Part shown: piece by piece, positions 1 through 9,688 of the stretch
Layout of the letters: each line of letters starts with the position of its first letter
Numbering within the stretch: position 1 is the first letter of the stretch
Source: an uncultured Psychrobacter sp.
Lineage (GTDB): Bacteria > Pseudomonadota > Gammaproteobacteria > Pseudomonadales > Moraxellaceae
Length of the DNA: 64,000 nucleotides
Assembly (NCBI RefSeq): GCF_947501045.1
Contig: NZ_CANMUI010000009.1
Reading direction: 5' to 3' (one strand)
The notes under the pieces: model-generated
Seen by the model: only the letters and a program-made list of their open reading frames with translations
What the model was told of the DNA's origin: nothing
Database searches by the model: none
Translations under genes and position numbers: made by a program

Positions 1-199
1 GACTGAGTCCTGTAAAGTACAGAACTCAGTCCTTGATGTAAACTTAAACTGTCCAAGTTTAGGGGGTCAGTTCATATATAAGATGAGCTTTTTTTAGATA
101 AGTTCTAAATTTTTAAAGGTGAGTATTTATATCTATAGAAGCTAAGCTCAAAACTGAACTATGCAAGACAAGTGGTAAGTAAGTTATCGCAACTTTATA

Positions 200-892
200 C
201 TAGCTAGCTTCAGCTACTAGATAATCTACAGCATTTTGCACTTCTTCATCAGGGATATCAGCGCCACCTTTAGCTGGCATAGCGTTGAAACCATTGATAG
301 CATGGTCATATAAAGTGTCTTTACCTTTAGCAATACGAGGACCCCAAGCACCAGCATCACCTAGCATTGGAGCACCAAGTAGCCCTGCGCCATGACAAGT
401 TTGACAGACTGCGCCGTAGACGGCAACACCGTCGCGCGGACTGCCGTCTGCTGAAGCACCAGCGGCCCGTACAGTGACATCACAAGGCTCACCTTCAAAG
501 CATAAATTACCTACAGGCTGAATACGAGCAATCAGGTTTGGGTATAGCGCAATCAGCTTTTGTACTTGCGGCGTATCCTCAGGGATAGGCTCTTCTTCAA
601 CGGCAGGAGCAGCAGCTTGCACAGTTTCTTCAGCGGCGCCGTCTTCGGTAGCAGCATCAGCATCTGTTTCAGCAGTATCTGCAGCAACACTTACCTCTGC
701 ATTCGTATCTGTAGTATCAGCTGCCGCTTGCGTCTGATCACCCAATACCTCAGGTGCCTCTTCAACGACTTCTTGCGCTTCTTCCACTTCCGATACCGTC
801 ACAGGGGTATCTACAATATCTTCAGCTTGGCTCACCGCGATACTAGCGATTCCTAGAATGGCAGCTGCCGATAACATAACTACTTTTCTCAT
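200..892 (-). CDS. cytochrome c5-family monohaem c-type cytochrome with signal peptide and long acidic low-complexity linker
   Basis: Single CxxCH (CQTCHG) near the C-terminus, preceded by a Cys pair (CFEGEPC) as in cytochrome c5. N-terminal hydrophobic signal sequence. A D/E/T/A-rich linker of about 90 aa. Confidence 0.6.
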   Translation of the reverse strand: MRKVVMLSAAAILGIASIAVSQAEDIVDTPVTVSEVEEAQEVVEEAPEVLGDQTQAAADTTDTNAEVSVAADTAETDADAATEDGAAEETVQAAAPAVEEEPIPEDTPQVQKLIALYPNLIARIQPVGNLCFEGEPCDVTVRAAGASADGSPRDGVAVYGAVCQTCHGAGLLGAPMLGDAGAWGPRIAKGKDTLYDHAINGFNAMPAKGGADIPDEEVQNAVDYLVAEAS

Positions 893-1270
893 CCGTCACG
901 TTCTCTTATAGCGTATACAAGTGCCAGCATAATTTAGCATTCTGTTCTTCTTTGAGCTTCAAGGACATGTGGTTATTAACCATTACCCTACCTGCAGGCG
1001 CACTTGTAATCGGTGATTTGATTATCCATGTATATTCTCCATAGCATTATAAGGGAAAAGCGTGGTAAATTGCCATGCTTGTTTGTTGACTATCTTGTTT
1101 ATTGTGAAAGAATATTTATTAGCTGCTTTGAGCATTGGTTTTTTGGCTTTTATTTGTTAGACTAGGCGGTCTTTATTTTTCGACACTTTGCGTTACACGG
1201 CTAGTACTCTCTCCTGTAAAATCTTATCGGGAAAGATCCTAATAGCCGCTCCGTCATCAAATCACATTAA

Positions 1271-1347
1271 GCGCTCGTAGCTCAGTTGGATAGAGTATCG
1301 GTCTCCGAAGCCGAGGGTCGTGGGTTCGATTCCCGCCGAGCGCACCA
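1271..1347 (+). tRNA. tRNA-Arg (anticodon CCG)
   Basis: 77-nt cloverleaf read directly on the + strand, GCGCTCGTAGCTCAG...GGTTCGATTCC...CCA. Anticodon loop CTCCGAA. Strong similarity to enterobacterial tRNA-Arg scaffolds. A T-run follows. Confidence 0.85.
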
Positions 1348-1996
1348 CTTCTTTTTTTATTTTTTCTTGCTTGACTTCCCACCTCAACAATCCTTTTAAA
1401 TAAAAACTTGTCAATATCCTTATCATCACTTTTGTCTTCACAGCTATAAACAATAAAAATATAAACACTAAGAAATAGTCATAAACGCTAATAGATAGTT
1501 ATATGCGTCAAAAAATTGTGTCTAAAACCTCTGACTTTGCCAGTACTCATAGCTCGTAGTATCTCTGCAATTATATAAAATACCCCCTTTATCATATTTT
1601 CCCTACGATGTCTTTATTTTCCGCACCTCATCTCCGACTCCTTCCTTATATTCTTTGGCATCTATTTTGCATATATCTTCGATACAACTAGCAAAATTCA
1701 TCAGTTTATATCTACTATAAAAAAGACAAAAATATCTAATAAATTACTTTCAATTTAAAAGCAATATGCGTATGATTGTTTTTAAGGTATTTATGTAATT
1801 ATATGTAAACAAATGAATATAGTAGTAATAATCTGGAAACTAAATATAAGTTAAGTTTATCAGATTTGAAGTGGGTAAAATCTATTTACCAGATTATTCA
1901 TATTGTTTGACACTATTTATAAAAGACTTGATGGACGAGTTTGGATACCGAATCTATAGCTATTACTATTATTTGATTTAAGTTTAGGAGAGAAAA

Positions 1997-2080
1997 ATGA
2001 GCGTCTTTTATATGGCTTTATTATCAGTTGGCTCTGTGTTTTGGAGTGTGGTTGTTTTTTGGTTGATGGCAACTCGATAA
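1997..2080 (+). CDS. possible 27-aa hydrophobic micro-protein (MSVFYMALLSVGSVFWSVVVFWLMATR)
   Basis: ATG preceded by AGGAG at -7 to -12. Lies in a 900-bp AT-rich gap next to the tRNA. Too short for the ORF track. Speculative. Confidence 0.2.
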   Translation: MSVFYMALLSVGSVFWSVVVFWLMATR

Positions 2081-2251
2081 GTGATAATGACATCAAGCGT
2101 TTCAAAAAAATCTATACTGACCTTGCCTGACGCTAACAAGGCGTTAGTGATAATGATTAAATTTTATGCTGTGACTCATATAGTTGATGGTGTCTAGGGC
2201 GGCTTATTCAAAGTTACGGCTTAGAGCTATATTTAAAGTTACTGTCCAAAA

Positions 2252-2632
2252 TTATTGTGCGTCTTGTAAATTAGTTTTGAGTTGAGCACGACTAGGCACT
2301 TTATGATAGTTAATGATCGGCACCTCTCCTAAACGGCGTTGACCTGCAGCGATACTTTTATCGATAGTAATCATCGCCACTTTTTTGTTAAGTTTACTGA
2401 TAAGCAGATGTTTACTTCTACGCGTAACTTGATAATCTGGAAAATTCTGTTCGAGCACCATAGCTGTTTTTTGTAGGGCGTCATTAGGCGATGCTTTTTT
2501 AATAGCTGAATTACTCATTGCTCTAGTATTCTTATTGTTTCTAACATTCTTAGTGCCGCGCGCAGAAGCTAGCAACCATAATGCAATGATTACTGCTGAT
2601 AATATGACAAGCCACCATTTTCCGTCTATCAT
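2252..2632 (-). CDS. hypothetical membrane-anchored protein (N-terminal TM helix)
   Basis: 126-aa ORF with an N-terminal hydrophobic helix. No recognisable motif. Confidence 0.4.
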   Translation of the reverse strand: MIDGKWWLVILSAVIIALWLLASARGTKNVRNNKNTRAMSNSAIKKASPNDALQKTAMVLEQNFPDYQVTRRSKHLLISKLNKKVAMITIDKSIAAGQRRLGEVPIINYHKVPSRAQLKTNLQDAQ

Positions 2633-2665
2633 AAAGAGATGTATCCTATTGTTAGAGGTTAAGTC

Positions 2666-3478
2666 ATGTTACAAGAATTGCCGCAAGCGTTAGCGGCTAA
2701 TATTCAAAGCGCGGCTAGATTATTAACAGCACCAGCACGTATCTGTATTTTGACCGGTGCTGGGATTTCGGCAGAAAGCGGTATTCCCACCTTTCGTGAC
2801 AAGCAAACTGGTCTATGGGAACAGTACCGCGCTGAAGACTTAGCCAATCCAGCTGCTTTTGCACGCGATCCACAGCTGGTATGGTCATGGTATCAGTGGC
2901 GTAGGCAACTAGTACACAATAAACAGCCCAACCCTGCTCACTTGGCCCTCGCCGATTGGCAAGACTATGCGGCACAGCATAACCAATCAATCAGCTTGAT
3001 TACCCAAAACGTCGATGATCTGCACGAGCAAGCAGGAAGCACAGCGGCTCATCTGCACGGTCATTTATGGCGCAATCGTTGTAGTCACTGTGGCATATCT
3101 TACGAGGACAAATCAAGGGATTTCAACGCTGACAAAGAAGTTAGCGAAGATGACTCTAATTTTAGTACTGATTTAATCACTTGCCAGCACTGTGACAACT
3201 ATATCAGACCCGACATCGTCTGGTTTGGCGAAGCACTGCCTACTGGAGCATGGCAACATGCTGAAGATGCTGCCGCCAATTGCGATGTGTTTATCAGTAT
3301 TGGAACGTCAAGTTTGGTTTATCCTGCGGCAGGTCTGGCGCAATTGGCTCAGCAAAACGGTGCCAAAATTATTGAGATAAACCCCAACCCTACTCCCAAT
3401 ACTATAGTTGATATCACTTTAGCCGATAAAGCGGGAGTGGTCATGCCTCATTTGGTGCAACAGATTAAAGAGACATAG
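2666..3478 (+). CDS. cobB: NAD-dependent protein deacylase, Sir2/CobB family
   Basis: GAGISAESGIPTFRD sirtuin motif. Zn-ribbon Cys pairs (CSHCG ... CQHCDNY). About 270 aa. Confidence 0.85.
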   Translation: MLQELPQALAANIQSAARLLTAPARICILTGAGISAESGIPTFRDKQTGLWEQYRAEDLANPAAFARDPQLVWSWYQWRRQLVHNKQPNPAHLALADWQDYAAQHNQSISLITQNVDDLHEQAGSTAAHLHGHLWRNRCSHCGISYEDKSRDFNADKEVSEDDSNFSTDLITCQHCDNYIRPDIVWFGEALPTGAWQHAEDAAANCDVFISIGTSSLVYPAAGLAQLAQQNGAKIIEINPNPTPNTIVDITLADKAGVVMPHLVQQIKET

Positions 3479-3500
3479 TCAGAGATGAACCAGTCAAAAA

Positions 3501-4499
3501 CTACAGTAATACCTGATCAACTTGCCGCAGATATTGCTGTTTTAGATCGTTGTCAATAAAGGCTGAGCGAAAAGAATTCTTTATTAAAGTAACAATGTTA
3601 GCTTCTGATAAAGATAAGTGCTCATATATGTTAATAAAGTTTTGATTGATATACCCTTTAAAATAAGCGGGATCATCTGAATTCACACTGACATTTAAGC
3701 CGAAGTCCAAAAGCTGTTTTATATTGTGCTGCTCATAACTGTCAAAGACTTTTAACTCAATATTTGAATTTGGGCAAACCGTAAGCGGTATTTGCTCCTC
3801 TTTGAGCCTTTGCATCAGCGCATCACTATTTATAGATTGTACTCCATGATCTATCCTATCAATATCTAATAGGTCCAAAGCCTCATAAATGTAGGAATAA
3901 TCAGCTTCTTCGCCAGCATGCGCCACGAGCTTGAACCCTTCTTCCCTTGCTTTTTTAAACACCGCTTTAAACTTGGAAGGAGGGTTGCCCAATTCTGCTG
4001 AGTCAAGGCCTACGCCGATAATGTGCTGCTTAAATTTTAAGGCTTGCTCTAAAGTTTCAAAAGCTTCTTGCTCCGACAAATGCCTCAAAAAGCACATGAT
4101 GACAGCAGAGGTGATGCCGTAGCGTGCTTTAGCAGCGCTTAAGGCTTGTGTGATTCCAGTGATTACCACCTCAAAAGGCACACCTCGTTGGGTATGGGTT
4201 TGCGGATCAAAGAATATCTCTGTATGAACCACATTGTCTTCCACACATTTTAAGATGTACTCCCAAGTCAGATCATAAAAGTCTTCTTTGGTTACCAGTA
4301 CTTTGGCTCCAGCATAATAAATATCTAAAAAGCTTTGCAAATTGGTGAAATTATAGGCATCACGTATCGCTTCTATATCTTTGTAAGGGATGTCTACATT
4401 ATTTTTTTTAGCCAATCTAAGCATAAGCTCGGGCTCAAGCGAGCCTTCAATATGCAAATGCAGCTCAGCTTTAGGTAGGGCTTTTATCAGCTCAATCAT
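3501..4499 (-). CDS. add: adenosine/adenine deaminase family protein
   Basis: N-terminal metal-binding motif ELHLHIEGSL. C-terminal SVNSDDPAYF motif typical of the adenosine deaminase TIM-barrel. Confidence 0.8.
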   Translation of the reverse strand: MIELIKALPKAELHLHIEGSLEPELMLRLAKKNNVDIPYKDIEAIRDAYNFTNLQSFLDIYYAGAKVLVTKEDFYDLTWEYILKCVEDNVVHTEIFFDPQTHTQRGVPFEVVITGITQALSAAKARYGITSAVIMCFLRHLSEQEAFETLEQALKFKQHIIGVGLDSAELGNPPSKFKAVFKKAREEGFKLVAHAGEEADYSYIYEALDLLDIDRIDHGVQSINSDALMQRLKEEQIPLTVCPNSNIELKVFDSYEQHNIKQLLDFGLNVSVNSDDPAYFKGYINQNFINIYEHLSLSEANIVTLIKNSFRSAFIDNDLKQQYLRQVDQVLL

Positions 4500-4580
4500 A
4501 GGATACCACCATTATCGTTCTTTAAATTGCCAGTGACAAAACCCGTGACATAATTGAAGACCAACGCTACTTTAGGAACG

Positions 4581-5108
4581 CTATTTTAAAAATACCACGG
4601 TATCAGACAACTCATTACCTTCTGGATCATCTTCTAGATGATAGTATTGACGCAGTAGCTGCCCCACTTCATCTAGCAAATCAGCTAGGCTCTCTTCTGT
4701 TTTTTTATTGGCCATACCGGCCAGCGCCTTATCACACATGGCTCGCCATACTGTGGGACTAACGTGAGCACTAATACCGCGATCAGCGACAATCTCTAGG
4801 CTTTGCTCACAGATATTGACATAGATTAAAACGCCTGTATTCTCTTCGGTGTCCCATACTCGGTATTCACTAAACAGATCAATAGCGCGTTCACGGCAGT
4901 TGATATAATAAGCCTCTTGAATGGGCAGATGATTTTCTATCACCAAAAACACCTCGCCGCGATGGCCTTTTTCGACCTCAGTTATCTTCGCAGTTAGACG
5001 TGCTTTGATCTGCGGCGTCAGCCATCTACTATGCAGCATAGGCACGAATAAAACCTGACGCCATAAGCGGGCAAGACTGGTCTGAGACGAGTGTTTTTGT
5101 GCCATCAT
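4581..5108 (-). CDS. putative TPM-domain protein (third gene of a lemA-TPM-TPM operon)
   Basis: 175 aa. Position and size match the small TPM partner found downstream of lemA/ygcG-like genes. Domain assignment is by context and weak pattern only. Confidence 0.4.
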   Translation of the reverse strand: MMAQKHSSQTSLARLWRQVLFVPMLHSRWLTPQIKARLTAKITEVEKGHRGEVFLVIENHLPIQEAYYINCRERAIDLFSEYRVWDTEENTGVLIYVNICEQSLEIVADRGISAHVSPTVWRAMCDKALAGMANKKTEESLADLLDEVGQLLRQYYHLEDDPEGNELSDTVVFLK

Positions 5109-5248
5109 ATTGTATCCTCAAGTATGCGTTTAGTGGCTCTCAGCTACTAATCACTTACGATTATCTATCTATGCAAGCTTAAATTAAACTTGCAACAAAC
5201 TACATATAGTAATGATTTTTATAACTGTTGATTATTGCTCGGTATAGC

Positions 5249-6409
5249 CTACCATGAGCCACCAGCACCGCCACCGCCAAAACCACCGCCGCCACCACCA
5301 AAGCCGCCGCCGCCAAAACCGCCACCGCTACTACCGCCGCCCATACCGGGTAAAAAGATAAAACCGCCGCCGCCGCCGCGTCCACCTCGGCCGCCACCTG
5401 AACCGCGCGAGATGAGGAACATCCAGATAAATATAGCCATGATCAAGGTCATAAAAAAACCGCCGCCTAAAGCCAGCGAACCTGCAAAAAAACCACCAGC
5501 AGTCAAAATAGAGCCAAAAATACGGCCAAAGATACTGGTAATAAAACTACCAAATATCATCGCCATTAGGAATAAAAAAATAGGCGTTGGAACGTCGTCT
5601 GAGCTTTGCTGAGCACTGCGCGCGGCGGCTTGCTCATCTGCACGCGCCAATACTTCAGGATCGGCTGTTAAACGGGTCTCAATACTATTAATACCCGCCA
5701 ATATACCTGACCCATAATCGTTTTGCTTAAAGTATGGAGTGATATCTTCACGAATGATACGGTTTAAAGCGGCATCAGGCAAAACGCCTTCCAAGCCATA
5801 ACCCGATAGGATATACATATCACGATCATTGACCGCAACTACCATTAGTAGTCCATCATCAGTGTCCGCTTCACCCAGCTGCCATTTTTCCGCAACTTGC
5901 AGCGCATAATCAAATATAGGCACACCATTAGTCGTTGGTACAATAACGACTGCAGCTTGCGCTAGGCCTTGACGATAGATGTTTTGCAGCTGAGTTTCTA
6001 AACGCAATCTTTCTTGTGGATTTAGGATATTAGCTTGATCAACTACTGGACTGTTTAGGATTAACTTGTCAGCATCGACGCCAGCAGCAGTGGATTGTAT
6101 AGGCGGCGGCGCTGCGGTATTGGTAGCCGTACTACTAGTAGTAGCGTCTTCATTATTAGCATTAGGATTTATAGCGTCGTTGCCCAGTATAGCTTCATTG
6201 ATCGCTTCATTACCCAGAACCGCATCATTGATGGCTTCGTTGGACTCGCCCGCTTTAGCAATAGCGACTAGATCCTCTACACTACGGTTTTGTAGACTTG
6301 AGGTGGTATTCTCAGTAGCAGCCGTTTCGTCCGCCGCGGCGTGTGCCGTTACACTACTAGCACTAAAGGCAATTAATAATGCTGATATGACTGCTCTTGA
6401 GATATTCAT
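5249..6409 (-). CDS. TPM-domain protein (YgcG-like) with TM segment and Gly-rich C-terminal tail
   Basis: Signal peptide. TPM-like core (VVDQANIL...LQNIYRQ...AAVVIVPTT). TM helix. C-terminal GGGGFGGGG repeats like E. coli YgcG. Internal 10-aa tandem repeat (AINDAVLGNE x3). Confidence 0.7.
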   Translation of the reverse strand: MNISRAVISALLIAFSASSVTAHAAADETAATENTTSSLQNRSVEDLVAIAKAGESNEAINDAVLGNEAINEAILGNDAINPNANNEDATTSSTATNTAAPPPIQSTAAGVDADKLILNSPVVDQANILNPQERLRLETQLQNIYRQGLAQAAVVIVPTTNGVPIFDYALQVAEKWQLGEADTDDGLLMVVAVNDRDMYILSGYGLEGVLPDAALNRIIREDITPYFKQNDYGSGILAGINSIETRLTADPEVLARADEQAAARSAQQSSDDVPTPIFLFLMAMIFGSFITSIFGRIFGSILTAGGFFAGSLALGGGFFMTLIMAIFIWMFLISRGSGGGRGGRGGGGGFIFLPGMGGGSSGGGFGGGGFGGGGGGFGGGGAGGSW

Positions 6410-6571
6410 TCGCTCTTTACCACCTTAATTGACACGGGTACTAGCACATCAGTCACAAGCTTAGCGCGTGCTGAATCATGTTATGGCTATTTCGATCAGT
6501 CACTAGTAACTATTATTAGTAACTGTTTAATCTGTAACTACCTAACTCACATCGTTTTCGCAGCTGCTGCA

Positions 6572-7183
6572 TTACTCACCAAAATCCACGCTTGGTGCGG
6601 TAGAGATAGCCTCTTCATTATCAACTGAAAAATTGGGCTTGGTATCCATACCGAAGACTTTGGCGGTGATATTGGTTGGGAACTGGCGCACCGTAGTGTT
6701 ATAGCCTTGTACTTCTTGGATATAACGGTTACGAGCAACCGCGATACGATTCTCCGTACCCTCTAACTGCGCTTGCAAATCTTGGAATAAGGCGTCAGAT
6801 TTCAGCTCAGGGTAACGCTCAGACACCGCCATCAATCTTGATAGCGCGCCTGTGAGCTGTGACTGCGCTTCGGCGTAACGCTCCATTGCCTCTGGGTCAT
6901 TGAGTACTTCTGGGGTAATCGTAATACCGCCTGCTTGTGAGCGTGCCTGCGCCACCTCAGTGAACACCTCCTGCTCTTGCTCAGCATACTGCTGCACTAC
7001 TTCAACCAAATTTGGTACCAGATCCGAGCGGCGCTGATACTGGTTAACCACTTCTGACCAAGATGCAGTAACTTGTTCGTCTTGAGCTTGCAAGTTGTTG
7101 TAACCACAACCTGAGAGACCCACTGTTGAAGTGGCTAATACAGCTGATAACAGCATAGGTTTTATAATAGCTTTGGGCGTCAT
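6572..7183 (-). CDS. lemA: LemA family protein
   Basis: 203 aa. N-terminal TM. Conserved LemA core (WSEVVNQYQRRSDLVPNLVE...). Directly upstream of the TPM gene, same strand. Confidence 0.8.
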   Translation of the reverse strand: MTPKAIIKPMLLSAVLATSTVGLSGCGYNNLQAQDEQVTASWSEVVNQYQRRSDLVPNLVEVVQQYAEQEQEVFTEVAQARSQAGGITITPEVLNDPEAMERYAEAQSQLTGALSRLMAVSERYPELKSDALFQDLQAQLEGTENRIAVARNRYIQEVQGYNTTVRQFPTNITAKVFGMDTKPNFSVDNEEAISTAPSVDFGE

Positions 7184-7570
7184 ATATGACTCTCCTAATA
7201 ATAAAAAGCGTTCATCTATTCTATTTATTCAAAAACAATCATAAAAAATAGATAAGCGAGTAATCTGAGTAATATCAATTATGCTGCTAATAATGGGGCT
7301 ATCTTCATGGTTTTGCAATTAGACGTTACCAAAAAACAACTACAAATAATTAACAATAATCGATTAAGTTTATGTACTCCTTTTTCATTGTTGAGCATGC
7401 CTACCTAGCAAATATCTATTTATTACTTTTACATGTTTTGATGTAACGAGTATGCATACAAATATAAACGGTAATAGACAGAAAAACCTTTTAATAATAT
7501 GCGCAGTAATGAGGGAATGCTAAAGCCATTATCTTATTTTAAAATGAATTCATTATGTAGGGATGCACAT

Positions 7571-9115
7571 ATGGAAGGTTTAGTTAATAGCGTAAACGGC
7601 GTTATCTGGAGCTCTGCTCTTATTTATCTTTGTTTGGGTGCAGGACTATTTTACTCTATTACAACGCGGTTTTTACAAGTGCGTCTCTTTGGAGAGATGC
7701 TAAGTTTGATATTTAAAGGTAGAGCCAGTACCGACGGTATTTCATCATTTCAGGCTTTAACTTTGTCACTGGCTGGACGCGTGGGTATGGGTAACATTGC
7801 AGGCGTGGCGGCAGCTATCGGCTTTGGTGGACCTGGTGCGGTATTTTGGATGTGGGTTGTTGGCTTTTTGGGTGCCTCCACCGCTTATATTGAATCGACG
7901 CTGGCACAGATATATAAAGAAAAAGACGTGGTCACTGGACAGTACCGCGGTGGCCCTGCTTACTACTTTGAGCGTGCACTAGGACAGCGTTGGTATGGCG
8001 TGGCGTTTGCTGTTACTGCGCTTATTGCTTTGAGTATATTTCTGCCTGGTATTCAGGCAAATGGCGTTGTCAATGCGGTGACCCAAGTGCTCGGAGAAGG
8101 CAGTACTATGTCAGTGCTAGGGTCTGATGTCGGCAGTATGCGTTTAGGAGCCATAGCCATTATCTTAGTGGTCTTTGGTATTATTATTTTTGGCGGTATC
8201 AAACGTATTGCTACCTTTACTGAGGTCGTCGTACCTTTTATGGCCATCGGCTACATCGTTTTGGCTTTAATTATCATGTTTAGTAACTTTAGTTTAATTC
8301 CACAAGTATTCGGCATGATCGTCGGTGACGCTTTTACCGCCCAAGCAGGCTTTGGCGCTGCCATTGGTTGGGGCGTCAAACGTGGTGTTTACTCCAGTGA
8401 AGCAGGTCAAGGTACCGCTCCGCACGCAGCAGCAGCGGCTGAGGTCGATCACCCTGCACAGCAAGGTTTGGTGCAGTCGTTCTCAGTATACGTCGATACG
8501 CTACTGGTGTGCTCTGCAACTGCTTTTATGATCCTAACTATGGGTACTTATAACATTCAAGGCGAATTACCTGATGGTCAGTTTATCGTCCAAAACGTTG
8601 CCGCTGGTGTCGAGATTAACTCCCCTGCCTTCACCCAACTGGCGATGGAATCTGTCTATGGGGCTTTTGGTGATACCTTTATTGCGGTAGCTGTATTCTT
8701 CTTTGCTTTTACGACTATTTTAGCCAACTATTACATAGCTGAGGTGAATGTAGCTTATCTGACCCGCTTTATCAGTACCCATGCTAATAGAGTAGGCTTA
8801 CTTTTGGTTAAAGTGGTCACTATGATTATGATTGCCTATGGTGGTCTTAATTCAGCTGGTTATATTTGGGCTATCGGTGATATTGGCGTCGGTCTCATTG
8901 CCTGGCTAAATATTGTTGGTATCTTGCTCATCTTTGTGGTCGCCCGTCCCGCTATAAAAGCTCTAAAAGACTACGAGGCGCAGCGCAAAGCAGGAGTCGC
9001 CCGTTATACGTTCAATCCAGCTAAGTTTGGTATCAAAAACGCTTCTTATTGGGAGGAGCGCTATTTAAATGAGCAGAAGAGTGATAAACAAAGCTCACTT
9101 GATAAAGATCAGTAG
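7571..9115 (+). CDS. alanine/glycine:cation symporter (AGCS family), paralog 1
   Basis: AGCS hallmark motifs (SSFQALTLSLAGRVGMGNIAGVA, GGPGAVFWMW). Likely start at the internal MEGLVN (7571) by alignment with paralog 2. The ORF track extends to 7499. Confidence 0.85.
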   Translation: MEGLVNSVNGVIWSSALIYLCLGAGLFYSITTRFLQVRLFGEMLSLIFKGRASTDGISSFQALTLSLAGRVGMGNIAGVAAAIGFGGPGAVFWMWVVGFLGASTAYIESTLAQIYKEKDVVTGQYRGGPAYYFERALGQRWYGVAFAVTALIALSIFLPGIQANGVVNAVTQVLGEGSTMSVLGSDVGSMRLGAIAIILVVFGIIIFGGIKRIATFTEVVVPFMAIGYIVLALIIMFSNFSLIPQVFGMIVGDAFTAQAGFGAAIGWGVKRGVYSSEAGQGTAPHAAAAAEVDHPAQQGLVQSFSVYVDTLLVCSATAFMILTMGTYNIQGELPDGQFIVQNVAAGVEINSPAFTQLAMESVYGAFGDTFIAVAVFFFAFTTILANYYIAEVNVAYLTRFISTHANRVGLLLVKVVTMIMIAYGGLNSAGYIWAIGDIGVGLIAWLNIVGILLIFVVARPAIKALKDYEAQRKAGVARYTFNPAKFGIKNASYWEERYLNEQKSDKQSSLDKDQ

Positions 9116-9320
9116 GAAAGATAATACTTTTAGCATTAATTTTGTCGAGTGCTTCTGGAGTGAATTAGCACAACTTTTTATTAGGTATCAACAATATAGA
9201 GCGTTTTTGACCTCAATATATGGAATTAACGACTGTAAAAGCATAGAAAATTCTAGTAATTGTTAAAAAATTATGGCAAATTGCATTTACTTAACCGTCT
9301 GGCTTATACATTGGGTTATG

Positions 9321-9345
9321 GTAGCACTAGCAATGCTAGTGCTAC
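9321..9345. promoter_or_regulatory. perfect 25-bp palindrome (12-bp arms, 1-nt centre) GTAGCACTAGCA-A-TGCTAGTGCTAC
   Basis: Read directly from sequence. Sits between the two AGCS paralogs, about 340 bp upstream of paralog 2. Operator-like rather than terminator-like (no T-run). Confidence 0.5.
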
Positions 9346-9688
9346 TCTTAGCAACCAGAGGGTTAACTATAAATTGAATATCGGTGTAGCATTGCTTGGT
9401 ATTTAATAACAATAATCACCTGTTTTATCCGCTGGTCTATTTTATTTACCTATCTTCACAAGGTTATGTCATTATTATGAGGTAATCCATAAAACGGCAA
9501 AAGGAATTGCGGCCGCAGCTAAAATATCGGTCATAGTAACTGTTTGATTCAATGACCTTATTGATAAGCCAAGCGGATAAATATAGACAATGACAATCTA
9601 TCCTTAGTAATTATGACTTTTATTATTGGTTTCAATAACCTATTAATACTGAGCATAACCACTTTAAGACAGTACTAGGAATATTAAT

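Noticed and set aside
1262-1468. 68-aa minus-strand ORF
   Set aside because: It overlaps tRNA-Arg (1271-1347), so it is spurious.
5235-5612. 125-aa proline-rich ORF on the + strand (KPPPPPP...)
   Set aside because: It is the antisense reading of the GGC/GGT-rich codons encoding the Gly-rich tail of the TPM/YgcG-like protein (5249-6409, minus strand), a frame artefact.
9511-9520. GCGGCCGCAGC (NotI-like GC-rich palindrome) in an AT-rich spacer
   Set aside because: It is a short isolated 8-bp palindrome of a kind expected by chance. No partner site or structural context.
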